UHGV virus genome: UHGV-0127759
Origin: a virus
DNA: 36,118 nt
Reading direction: 5' to 3' (one strand)
The position numbers and the translations under genes are program-made. The notes under the pieces are model-generated. The model did not search any database. It was not told the DNA's origin and was given only the letters and a program-made list of their open reading frames with translations. Of this stretch, positions 1-7,719 are shown piece after piece (the first letter of the stretch is position 1; each line of letters opens with the position of its first letter).

Positions 1-211
1 ATTAAATGGATTGACAAATCCAAATCTTATTTATCCTGGTCAAGTTTTGAAAGTAAATGGATCAGTAGTAAGCAACGTTTACACAGTTCAATATGGTGAT
101 AATTTATCAAGTATTGCAGCCAAACTCGGTACTACTTATCAAGCCTTAGCTGCATTAAACGGACTATCAAATCCTAACTTGATTTATCCTGGTCAAACAT
201 TGAACTATTGA
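1..211 (+). CDS. C-terminal LysM repeats of the cell-wall hydrolase; 5'-partial here and most likely the continuation of the endolysin that starts at 35028 (wrap-around)
   Basis: Translation ...[20 protein letters not shown]...[44 protein letters not shown] shows two LysM repeats. The reading frame is continuous with the final codons of the window (..DYQALA + gt|a). Confidence 0.7.
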   Translation, partial: LNGLTNPNLIYPGQVLKVNGSVVSNVYTVQYGDNLSSIAAKLGTTYQALAALNGLSNPNLIYPGQTLNY

Positions 212-360
212 TAGTTTTAATATAAAATAAGGATACACTTATTTAAATTCTCTTGAGTCGCCTTCCCAAAGGCGGCTCTTTTTCTAAAAAGCACTTGTAA
301 TAAAATATTCGATTTGGTTTAATTATAGTATATAAGTTTACTGTTAAAGGAGAAATAAGT

Positions 361-1188
361 GTGGATTGGAATGAAGGTCCTTGTAGGATAGATACTTTAG
401 AAAATGTTGATTGTATTTTTTCTATTGATGAAAATGGAAACTCTACTTTAAAAAATGCTCATTTGTTTGATGATAATAATAAGTTATTTACTATAACAGG
501 AGTATATATAGAGACTGAATATCACAATTTAATAAGAGATCAATTAATGGAAATTAAAAATAAATATTGGGAAGATGGTCTATTTCAAGGCAAAAGAGTA
601 GTTTTTCATTCAAAAGAAATACGCAAGAAACAAGGTCCATTTAATCCTAAGTTAATTAATTATATTGATTTTAAAAATAAACTTAATGATTTTCTTTCAG
701 GTTTACCAGTAAAAATGTATTCAGCCACTATTGATAAATTTGAGCATAATAATAGATATATAAATCCTTATCCTGTGTATGAATTAGGGGTAGAATTTAT
801 TATAGAACGGTTTTGTTTTGATCTTAGAAGAAAAAACAAACAAGGAGTTGTTTTATTGGAATCTAGAGGTTTCAAAGAAGACTGCTTAGTATTAAGTAAA
901 TTAAAAAATTTATTAGAATCAGGTAATGATTATAATAGCGAGGATAATTTCTCTTGTATCTCTGGAGTTTATTTTAATCCAAAAAGAACGTCTGATGGGA
1001 GACAATCGTATTGGCCACTTGAAATTTCTGATATTCTTTCATATAGGATACATAGATTCATAAGGACAGGAATTGAAGATGAAGATTTTGTATGTATTAA
1101 GGACAAGATATTTGGATATCCAGATTTTGAAGGAAAAGGATTAAAAATATTTCCATATAAGGAATTACGGAGTGAAAAAAATGAATGA
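361..1188 (+). CDS. Hypothetical cytoplasmic protein, DUF3800-like (predicted RNase H-like fold); first gene of a two-gene moron
   Basis: GTG start lies 8 nt after AGGAGA. It has an N-terminal IFSIDENG motif and a VFHSKEI motif reminiscent of DUF3800 (recalled from memory, not searched). The gene is very AT-rich relative to the phage backbone and its 3' end overlaps the next gene by 17 nt. Confidence 0.45.
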   Translation: MDWNEGPCRIDTLENVDCIFSIDENGNSTLKNAHLFDDNNKLFTITGVYIETEYHNLIRDQLMEIKNKYWEDGLFQGKRVVFHSKEIRKKQGPFNPKLINYIDFKNKLNDFLSGLPVKMYSATIDKFEHNNRYINPYPVYELGVEFIIERFCFDLRRKNKQGVVLLESRGFKEDCLVLSKLKNLLESGNDYNSEDNFSCISGVYFNPKRTSDGRQSYWPLEISDILSYRIHRFIRTGIEDEDFVCIKDKIFGYPDFEGKGLKIFPYKELRSEKNE

Positions 1189-1624
1189 GTTAGATATTCA
1201 AAAAAAGAAACAAGCATTAGATAATTGGGGGGTATCAAAAGAAATCCTTGCCAGAGATTGGTTAGAAATGGAGACAGTTAAAAGAAACCGCCTATTTAGA
1301 CAAGGCGAAATTGTTATGTGTGAACTTGGTGAAAATATTGGATATGAAATTTGTAAGAGAAGACCCGTATTAATTATTTCAGACGATAGATACAGCAAAT
1401 ATGGGCATGTTGTAGTAATTCCTCTTACTAAAAATACTAGACCATTACACACCCATTATATATTAAAAAAAGAAAAATATGATTTTTTAACTTGGGATTC
1501 TTGTGTTAAAACAGAGCAAATTCGAAGTGTTGCTAGTATAAGACTAGAGAATATAATTGGTAAGATTGATTCTTTTGATATGAGAGGCATAAAGAATAGA
1601 CTAAAATCATTAATTAATATATAA
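1172..1624 (+). CDS. MazF/PemK-family (CcdB/MazF fold) endoribonuclease-toxin-like protein with a roughly 45-aa N-terminal extension
   Basis: ATG follows a GGAGTG RBS. GEIVMCELGENIGYEICKRRPVLIIS parallels MazF GDIVWVDFDPTKGSEQAGHRPAVVLS. VVVIPLTKN and the C-terminal helix (IRSVASIRLENIIGKI) fit the PemK/MazF fold. No small MazE-like antitoxin ORF lies upstream. Confidence 0.7.
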   Translation: MKKMNELDIQKKKQALDNWGVSKEILARDWLEMETVKRNRLFRQGEIVMCELGENIGYEICKRRPVLIISDDRYSKYGHVVVIPLTKNTRPLHTHYILKKEKYDFLTWDSCVKTEQIRSVASIRLENIIGKIDSFDMRGIKNRLKSLINI

Positions 1625-1758
1625 TATAGATAGAAGTCAATATTGACATATAAAATATAAATTGATAAAATCTAACTATGTTGTCCATCAAGTCATGGAC
1701 TTTTGACACTTAAGAGTGGTCTGGGGATATCCCAAACGGATAATTAAGTGGTTTTATT

Positions 1759-1785
1759 GCCCCTCCTGTCAGGGGCCTTTTTTAT
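1759..1785 (+). terminator. Rho-independent terminator (GCCCCT-loop-AGGGGC followed by a T-run)
   Basis: Perfect 6-bp stem followed by CTTTTTTATTT. Confidence 0.5.
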
Positions 1786-1855
1786 TTCTAGGATTTTTTA
1801 CTCTAGTCGAATGAGCTAACGTCCATAGATGTGAGTTTATATGGTTCATAATGAA

Positions 1856-1891
1856 TCCCTACTTCTCATTGTGAGAAGTAGGGATTTTTTT
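1856..1891 (+). terminator. Strong rho-independent terminator
   Basis: Perfect 13-bp stem TCCCTACTTCTCA/TGAGAAGTAGGGA with a 3-nt loop and a T7 run. Confidence 0.75.
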
Positions 1892-2086
1892 GTTTATTCG
1901 GTATAATTTATATATCTATTCGCTTGCCTTTTTTAATTTTTTGATGTAGATTTTATCTTGTTGTTATAGTCTATTTTGCTAATTTGAATTAAAATGATAT
2001 TACGTAAACCCTTGTGAGTTCTAGTCTGTCTAAATATGGTGTTGTAGAAAAATTACACCGTGAAACTAAATAATTTATTTGAATAT

Positions 2087-2129
2087 AGCCTAGAATCCTT
2101 GCTTTATAAGGGTTCTAGGCTCTTTTTTT
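2087..2129 (+). terminator. Rho-independent terminator
   Basis: 12-bp stem AGCCTAGAATCC/GGGTTCTAGGCT (one G-U pair), then CTTTTTTT. Confidence 0.65.
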
Positions 2130-2175
2130 GTTGTTAGGAATTTACTGATTTAGTTATTGATGTAGATTTGCTATT

Positions 2176-3357
2176 TTAAAAATTTACATAGCTACTGAAA
2201 GCATCTGTTGCTTCTTTAGTAACTTCATCAGAAACATGAGTGTAAGTATCCATAGTTATTTGTAAAGAAGAATGTCCTAAACGTTCTTGGATTATTTTAG
2301 ACCTAACATTATCTGATTCGAATAATAATGTTGCGTGGGTATGCCGAAAACCATGACAACCAATAGAATGTAAGTTAGCCTTTTCTGCCAATCTTTTGGA
2401 ACGTTGGTAAATGTCTTGACTTCGGAACATGGTACCATCAATTTTTGTAAAAATGAGTTGTGTTTTAAACCCACCTTTTTTCATTAAAGCCTCACGCTGT
2501 CTAAGTTTCCATTTTTTTAAGATATAAGCAGTCTTGTTATCAAAAGAAATTTTACGAATAGAATTGGAAGTTTTAGGATCGTTTATAGTCAATCCATTTG
2601 TACTGATAGCAGTAGTTTTATTTATATTAACTACCTGCTTTTTTAAATCAATATCATTCCAATTCAATGCTAAAGCTTCACCAACACGTATACCAGTAAA
2701 AGAAAGTAAGCGAAAAATAGCACAGTCTAAGTCAGCATAGTATTTTAGAACTAAACTTTCTTCTTTGGCTTGATTGGCAATGCTATCAGCTGTATTTAAG
2801 AAATGTTCCAGTTCGTCTTTTGTATAGAACTTTCTTTTTGTATTCTTTTCTATTTTCTTTAGTGAACTAGGCTTAGTTATTTTCTTAAATGGGTTTGAAT
2901 CTATTATTTCTAAACCAACAGCATAGTCACAAACACGAGAAGCATAACTCAAAAGTACTTTTCCCATTTCATTCTTTTTATACCATTCATTAACAGATTT
3001 TTGCACGATCTTGACTGTTAAACGCTCAAGTCGCATTTTCCCGAATGTGGGTAAAATGTGTTTTTTCATACGTCGTTCAGTAGCTATAAATGTGGATTCC
3101 CTAACTGTTTTTTTGTATTCGTCCAACCACATATAATAAACTTCTTCAAAAGTGGTTAAATGAGTATGCTCGTTAGCTAGATTTCCATTATCAAAATCTA
3201 ATTTTTTTTGATTAAGCTTGAGCTGTGCTTCTTTTTTTGTATTACAGTTTCTGATAGTGACATTAATTTGTTTTCCAGTTAAATAATCTACGCCTAAATA
3301 GGCAGTTACTTTCCAGTATTTTTTTCCTTTTTTTGTATATTGTTTAAAAGTTGCCAT
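2176..3357 (-). CDS. int: Tyrosine site-specific integrase
   Basis: The C-terminal catalytic region contains HGFRHTHATLL...GHSSLQITMDTYTHV (R..HxxR...Y). The N-terminal SAM-like domain is present. The RBS is GGAAAGGA. Confidence 0.95.
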   Translation of the reverse strand: MATFKQYTKKGKKYWKVTAYLGVDYLTGKQINVTIRNCNTKKEAQLKLNQKKLDFDNGNLANEHTHLTTFEEVYYMWLDEYKKTVRESTFIATERRMKKHILPTFGKMRLERLTVKIVQKSVNEWYKKNEMGKVLLSYASRVCDYAVGLEIIDSNPFKKITKPSSLKKIEKNTKRKFYTKDELEHFLNTADSIANQAKEESLVLKYYADLDCAIFRLLSFTGIRVGEALALNWNDIDLKKQVVNINKTTAISTNGLTINDPKTSNSIRKISFDNKTAYILKKWKLRQREALMKKGGFKTQLIFTKIDGTMFRSQDIYQRSKRLAEKANLHSIGCHGFRHTHATLLFESDNVRSKIIQERLGHSSLQITMDTYTHVSDEVTKEATDAFSSYVNF

Positions 3358-3431
3358 TGTTTATCCTTTCCACTTGGGCAAGCGAATAGAAGGAATGACA
3401 AATTTCTAGCACCTCCTTATTAAATTTTAAA

Positions 3432-3463
3432 GCCCCTGGCATGAATCGAACACGCTTAGACTC
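3432..3463 (-). other. tRNA 3'-end-like fragment (T-arm plus acceptor 3' strand) on the minus strand, a candidate attP core
   Basis: The minus strand reads GAGTCTAAGCGTGTTCGATTCATGCCAGGGGC. It has a GCGTG/CATGC T-stem with a TTCGATT T-loop (G53, C61), and no matching 5' half is nearby. It lies immediately beyond the int start. Confidence 0.3.
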
Positions 3464-3542
3464 GCCAGAGAGGGAGATTTATAGAAGAAATTATGTTATA
3501 ATTAGCCTATGAAGAGGTCATCCAATTGTAAAGGGGTTTTCT

Positions 3543-4190
3543 ATGATGGTTACTGAATACTTAAATATTTTTGCAGTACTTATACAATCTACTGCTACAG
3601 GATATTTTACCTATTTCTTAATTAAGAGTAATGACTTGTTAGTTTTATCAAATGCACAAAAAGAAGAAAAAATAGCAGTAGTATCAATATTGTCAGCTAT
3701 TAATTTAGCTGTATTTTTGTTAGCTCAAAGTATCATTTCTTACAATTTGTCGAATATGGAACCGTACATCCAACAAATTGCGGCTGCAATACTATCATTT
3801 GTATTAGTATTAGTAATTGGGTTGTTCGTTTTACCTAAAGCAATTTTATCTTTTTTTTCTTGGATAAATAAACTTAGAAAAAAGAAGGGTAAGCTAGAAT
3901 TTACACATAGAGCAATTAGAGATACTGCGTTGGATAATTCTTATCATCAATACATCTATGTTTTTGATTTTGCAAATAACTATATCGCTTCTGGCTATTT
4001 AAATGTTTATCAATATAATACGGATGAATACAATGAGTTACTATTATATGCACCAAAAGAACCTGAAAAAAGACGAACTGTCGAAGCAGTTGAAATTCTA
4101 TTTAAAAATAATGATATAAATATTTTGATTGATTATGAGAAAAAAGTGAAATTGTATATAGTGCCTATGGACGAGGCTGTGGGCGAGTAG
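3543..4190 (+). CDS. Membrane protein (about 4 predicted TM helices plus a cytoplasmic C-terminal domain); a moron between int and the repressor
   Basis: ATG follows AAAGGGG. Hydrophobic segments include FAVLIQSTATGYFTYFLI, IAVVSILSAINLAVFLLAQSII and AAAILSFVLVLVIGLFVL. The gene is AT-rich and has its own downstream hairpin with a T-run. Confidence 0.7.
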   Translation: MMVTEYLNIFAVLIQSTATGYFTYFLIKSNDLLVLSNAQKEEKIAVVSILSAINLAVFLLAQSIISYNLSNMEPYIQQIAAAILSFVLVLVIGLFVLPKAILSFFSWINKLRKKKGKLEFTHRAIRDTALDNSYHQYIYVFDFANNYIASGYLNVYQYNTDEYNELLLYAPKEPEKRRTVEAVEILFKNNDINILIDYEKKVKLYIVPMDEAVGE

Positions 4191-4283
4191 GTGGCGGAGG
4201 AGGTGCTCCTTTGCCACCATTTCTTTTTTCTCCATAATCGGGCATTGTTCTAGTAGTTGGCATTTTTAATATTCCTTTCTAAT

Positions 4284-5048
4284 TTATTTAATTCGTAGTG
4301 GTTGACCAGGATAAAAAACAGAGTTGTCAATGCCTGGATTTAATGATAATAGTTGTTCTAAGGTTAAGCCATTTCTTTCAGCTACTTGTCGAGCTCCTTC
4401 ACCGCTTCGTACTTTATCATATACAGGTTGTTCAGATTCAGAGCTTTGAGGTTGTTCAATTACTGAAGATGATTGAGTAGATGGCAATGGTTGTTGTGAT
4501 GTAGAAATTTCCGTGTCAACAGCAGCTAATTCGGTGTACAGGTCTGTTAACTTATTTGCTTCAGCAGTATAAACATCTGTTAGTTTATTTGCCCAAGATT
4601 CATATAATGAATAGTCGTCTTTATTAGAAAGTTGTATGTTTGCCATTTCCGAAATTCCAGTATTTGAAATATCTGCTAATTTTCCTATTTTAGAGTTTAA
4701 AACCTCAGCTAATGCTGAAACATTGCCTTTTATAGGTTCTCCTTCATTTCGCAGTTCTTCAATCAATATAGGTGTAGTTGTAGTCAACTTTTGAGTATAA
4801 GTCTCTAAAATTTGGGAATAGGTAGACCCGCCTAATTCTTTTTGTGTTGCTTCATCTGTTTGTGTACTTGAATAATGTATAGTTGATGACTCACCACTTG
4901 AGCTATTAATTTTTTTAGAATCAGAAATATCTTTCTTTTCAGATGTAATTGAGGTAGAACTTGAGTTTTGCTTTGAAACCTGTTTAGTTTCGTTAGAACA
5001 AGCAGTCAGCAGTAATAATGATAAACCTAAAATAACAATTTTTTTCAT
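4284..5048 (-). CDS. Secreted lipoprotein with a Ser/Thr-rich linker, a duplicated ANKLTD(V/L)YT(A)E motif and a C-terminal LysM domain
   Basis: Signal peptide MKKIVILGLSLLLLTAC with an LTAC lipobox. C-terminal LysM (GLTLEQLLSLNPGIDNSVFYPGQPLRIK). The ATG at 5048 is preceded by a GAGGA RBS. Confidence 0.8.
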   Translation of the reverse strand: MKKIVILGLSLLLLTACSNETKQVSKQNSSSTSITSEKKDISDSKKINSSSGESSTIHYSSTQTDEATQKELGGSTYSQILETYTQKLTTTTPILIEELRNEGEPIKGNVSALAEVLNSKIGKLADISNTGISEMANIQLSNKDDYSLYESWANKLTDVYTAEANKLTDLYTELAAVDTEISTSQQPLPSTQSSSVIEQPQSSESEQPVYDKVRSGEGARQVAERNGLTLEQLLSLNPGIDNSVFYPGQPLRIK

Positions 5049-5110
5049 TTTTAAATTAATCCTCATTTCTGTTATAATATGCTTGTCAGTAAATCTCTAA
5101 ATGAGGTTTA

Positions 5111-5140
5111 AGTCCGTGTTCCCAGCACGGACTTTTTTAT
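5111..5140 (+). terminator. Hairpin AGTCCGTG-loop-CACGGACT followed by T6 (+ orientation); it overlaps the ImmA stop codon
   Basis: Perfect 8-bp stem, 7-nt loop and a TTTTTTA run. Confidence 0.5.
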
Positions 5141-5481
5141 TTCAAATAAACTTCTTGTCCCATTTTTAAGTTGTAATGAGCTATAACATTTGAGTAATTG
5201 TATTGTCCTTCATATTTTTCGATTAAGCTTCTAAACATATATTGTTCTGCTTCGGATTCCATCTTAGAACGAAAAACAGGAATTTTATACAATTCCATTA
5301 TATCCACATGGTCTTTTACATGCTTTAATTCGTGATATATTGCTTCTTCTTGTTCTGATGGTGTTAAATTTTGATTTACAAATATGATACCGTAGGTAGG
5401 GTCGAAACATGCGCGTTTATTCAAAGTAGTAAAAACTAACTCCACATTATATTCTTCTACCAACTCTTTGATACTTTTCAT
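5137..5481 (-). CDS. ImmA/IrrE-family metallopeptidase (partner of the XRE repressor)
   Basis: HEXXH motif (YHELKH). About 114 aa, placed directly downstream of a cI-like XRE gene, which is the classic ImmR/ImmA arrangement. Confidence 0.75.
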   Translation of the reverse strand: MKSIKELVEEYNVELVFTTLNKRACFDPTYGIIFVNQNLTPSEQEEAIYHELKHVKDHVDIMELYKIPVFRSKMESEAEQYMFRSLIEKYEGQYNYSNVIAHYNLKMGQEVYLK

Positions 5482-5499
5482 ATAAGCACAACCTTTGAC

Positions 5500-5832
5500 T
5501 TATTTCCCGAATCTACCCTTTAAATATGCACGAATAACTTCTCTGTCATGATCATCAAGTGGTTCACCGTCAAAACTCATGACGTTATCCAGTACATCAT
5601 CTAAATCATCAGAATTTTTTTCATCAGTTGCTTTAGTAGTATCAGTTCTTCCCAATAGATAATCTACCGATACATTGAAGTAGTCCGCAACTTTTTGTAG
5701 GCCTTCTGAGTTTGGAGAAACTTTTTTCCACTTGCTAAAATATCCATTTGAGTAACCTAGAGTAATTTCTAATTGTCGAATAGACATTTTCTTCCTTTTT
5801 GTCAACTCTTTTATTATTTCATAAGTATTCAT
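5500..5832 (-). CDS. XRE-family HTH repressor (cI-like lysogeny maintenance repressor)
   Basis: N-terminal HTH (MSIRQLEITLGYSNGYFSKWKK...LQKVADYFNVSVDYLLGR). It is transcribed divergently from the cro-like gene and followed by ImmA. Confidence 0.85.
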   Translation of the reverse strand: MNTYEIIKELTKRKKMSIRQLEITLGYSNGYFSKWKKVSPNSEGLQKVADYFNVSVDYLLGRTDTTKATDEKNSDDLDDVLDNVMSFDGEPLDDHDREVIRAYLKGRFGK

Positions 5833-5880
5833 TGATTTGACAACCTTTCTGAATGCTTACAAAAAAAAAGTTTAGAAAAA

Positions 5881-6072
5881 AACTCTATTTAGTGTTGACA
5901 AAATAGAGTTAAAGCTCTATACTTTATCTCGTAAACAAGTTAATCAACTAAAAAGACAACGAAAAAACAATATTGATAAATAAACGCTAACCGCCAAGAA
6001 AGCTATAAATCAATGTTTTTGATGTCTTATTTAATTACGGTTTGATTATAGAATAAAACTCTATTTGTGTCA
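5881..6072. promoter_or_regulatory. Genetic switch region with face-to-face consensus sigma-A promoters and three copies of the operator 10-mer AACTCTATTT
   Basis: Plus-strand promoter TTGACA(5895-5900)-17-TATACT(5918-5923). Minus-strand promoter TTGACA (complement of 6068-6073)-17-TATAAT (complement of 6045-6050). The operator 10-mer occurs at 5881-5890, inverted at 5901-5910, and at 6056-6065. Confidence 0.6.
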
Positions 6073-6131
6073 ACTGAATTTAGAAAATAGTTGATTAATT
6101 TGTTTACTAATTTAGAGAAAGGAGAAAAAAC

Positions 6132-6314
6132 ATGGCAAATATTCAAGAAACACGTCAAAAAATCTTGAATCACTTTGAGAAAAATCAATGGGAGATTCCT
6201 GATGTAGCAAGTGCTTTAGGAATTACAGAACAATATCTACGTAAAATCCTAAACAATCCAGAAAAACATCTGAAACAAATGACCGATATTATTGCTTATT
6301 ACAAAATCAGATAG
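6132..6314 (+). CDS. Cro-like small HTH protein
   Basis: 60 aa with the HTH VASALGITEQYLRKILNN. It is the first rightward gene opposite the repressor, and its RBS is AGAGAAAGGAG. Confidence 0.65.
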   Translation: MANIQETRQKILNHFEKNQWEIPDVASALGITEQYLRKILNNPEKHLKQMTDIIAYYKIR

Positions 6315-6326
6315 GAGGTGTAAAAA

Positions 6327-6596
6327 GTGGAAGTGATTTTAACTCCAGAAAGTGAAGCTTCTCTAAGAGATTTTGTACATGGAATTATTGTTGATGAAAT
6401 AGAAAAAGCACGGAGAGATACCGCAGTTGATAAGCGAGTCTTAAATCAAACAGAGATTGCAAAATATTTCAATGTATCCACAACAACAATAAGGGAATGG
6501 GAGAAGCTAGGTCTTCCACATGGATCAGTAAGTAAGCAAGGGAAGTTCTACGACAAAGAAGAGTGTCGCAGATGGCTTCTATCACAAAAAAGATAA
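6327..6596 (+). CDS. HTH DNA-binding protein (excisionase/MerR-like motif)
   Basis: LNQTEIAKYFNVSTTTIREWEKLGLPH resembles excisionase-family HTH domains. The RBS is AGGAGG. Confidence 0.5.
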   Translation: MEVILTPESEASLRDFVHGIIVDEIEKARRDTAVDKRVLNQTEIAKYFNVSTTTIREWEKLGLPHGSVSKQGKFYDKEECRRWLLSQKR

Positions 6597-6630
6597 ATCT
6601 TGGGCAAGCGAAATTTAGGGAGGAAATAAT

Positions 6631-6810
6631 ATGAAAAAAATATATCACTTAAGACGTATAGCGGCATTGCTAATCGTTTTTGGCTTGGGGCTTTTAGTAG
6701 GTGGCAATGTTGGACCATTAATCCAAAACAGTTATATAGCAGCTTTTATCGTTTGGTTGCTCTATTACGATTTAGCGTTAGAAGATCGAGAAATAAAAAA
6801 ACAAAAATAA
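6631..6810 (+). CDS. Small membrane protein (59 aa, 2 TM)
   Basis: ATG follows a GGGAGG RBS. The sequence contains IAALLIVFGLGLLVGG and AAFIVWLLYY. Confidence 0.45.
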   Translation: MKKIYHLRRIAALLIVFGLGLLVGGNVGPLIQNSYIAAFIVWLLYYDLALEDREIKKQK

Positions 6811-6876
6811 AGACCCACTTCGACGGCCATCAAAGTAGGTCAATTACAAATATCAAATTCAAGGAGAGTGTACCAC

Positions 6877-7176
6877 ATGAATAAAGAAATTGAAAGAATG
6901 ATTATTGAACTTGAAAAAGAATGTAAGGCACAGAATGTTGAACTTCTTCTATGTGCTACAAATTTTGAAACAGGCCAAGGAAGTACTGCGTTTTGTGGTT
7001 CAGTTATCGGGTTAGCTATACTCTTGCAAAAACTTGTAGGTGATCTAAAAGAGCAATTAAGTATAAGCGAATCTTGTGATTGTCCAGAATGCGTAGCAGA
7101 AAGAGCCGAAGATGCTGCAAATGAAAAATCTATGGATGAATTACTAACTGCATTTTTACGAGGTGAACTGCAATGA
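6877..7176 (+). CDS. Hypothetical early protein (Cys-containing)
   Basis: ATG lies 9 nt after AAGGAGAG. The protein has a CDCPEC motif and no recognisable family. Confidence 0.5.
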   Translation: MNKEIERMIIELEKECKAQNVELLLCATNFETGQGSTAFCGSVIGLAILLQKLVGDLKEQLSISESCDCPECVAERAEDAANEKSMDELLTAFLRGELQ

Positions 7177-7397
7177 TTGAAGTAAGAGGTTTAAGTGATG
7201 ATGTTTACGAATTAATGTTAGCGAATGCTCAAAATAGAATTGTTCAATCAATTCGAACTGCAGCATCAAATGGTAATACAAGTTGCGTGGTGAATAGTAA
7301 AGGTCTTACATCAACGTTTTTATCTCAATTAGAAACAGAAGGATTTGATCACTTTGAACTTGAAGAAAACAAAACGAAAATATTCTGGGAGTGGTGA
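7173..7397 (+). CDS. Hypothetical early protein
   Basis: Translationally coupled to the upstream gene (ATGA overlap). 74 aa. Confidence 0.5.
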   Translation: MIEVRGLSDDVYELMLANAQNRIVQSIRTAASNGNTSCVVNSKGLTSTFLSQLETEGFDHFELEENKTKIFWEW

Positions 7398-7500
7398 AAA
7401 TGCCTGAATTTGATTCATTAGGAGCTAGACAAGAGCCGCCAGAAGAAAAAGAAGTGTTAGAGCCAACATGGGAATATGACGAAGAAGAGGAGAAACAAAT

Positions 7501-7719
7501 ATGAATAGAAAGCAATTGATAATGAGAATGAGTTTAATGGATCAACGTGAAATTTTAGGTTTTGATTTAGATATTGAGGAAACAGCCTTGTACGATGAGT
7601 TAAAAAAGGTAATAAAAAAACATGGTCTTAGTTATGAACAAATAAATAGGGTCATCACTGTAATTGATGACCGCTATTTTGAAAATGCGGTTACTAAAAA
7701 CCGTACTTTTTCTCAATGA
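7501..7719 (+). CDS. Hypothetical early protein
   Basis: 72 aa ORF beginning at the ATGA of the upstream small ORF. Confidence 0.45.
   Translation: MNRKQLIMRMSLMDQREILGFDLDIEETALYDELKKVIKKHGLSYEQINRVITVIDDRYFENAVTKNRTFSQ

Noticed and set aside
969-1452. Minus-strand ORFs 969..1238 and 1198..1452
   Set aside because: They are antisense to the DUF3800-like and MazF-like genes and lack an RBS. The AT-rich sequence gives spurious open frames.
2292-2740. ORFs 2292..2474 (-) and 2534..2740 (+) within the integrase gene
   Set aside because: They are embedded in or antisense to the integrase coding sequence, and the integrase reading frame is continuous with strong homology throughout.
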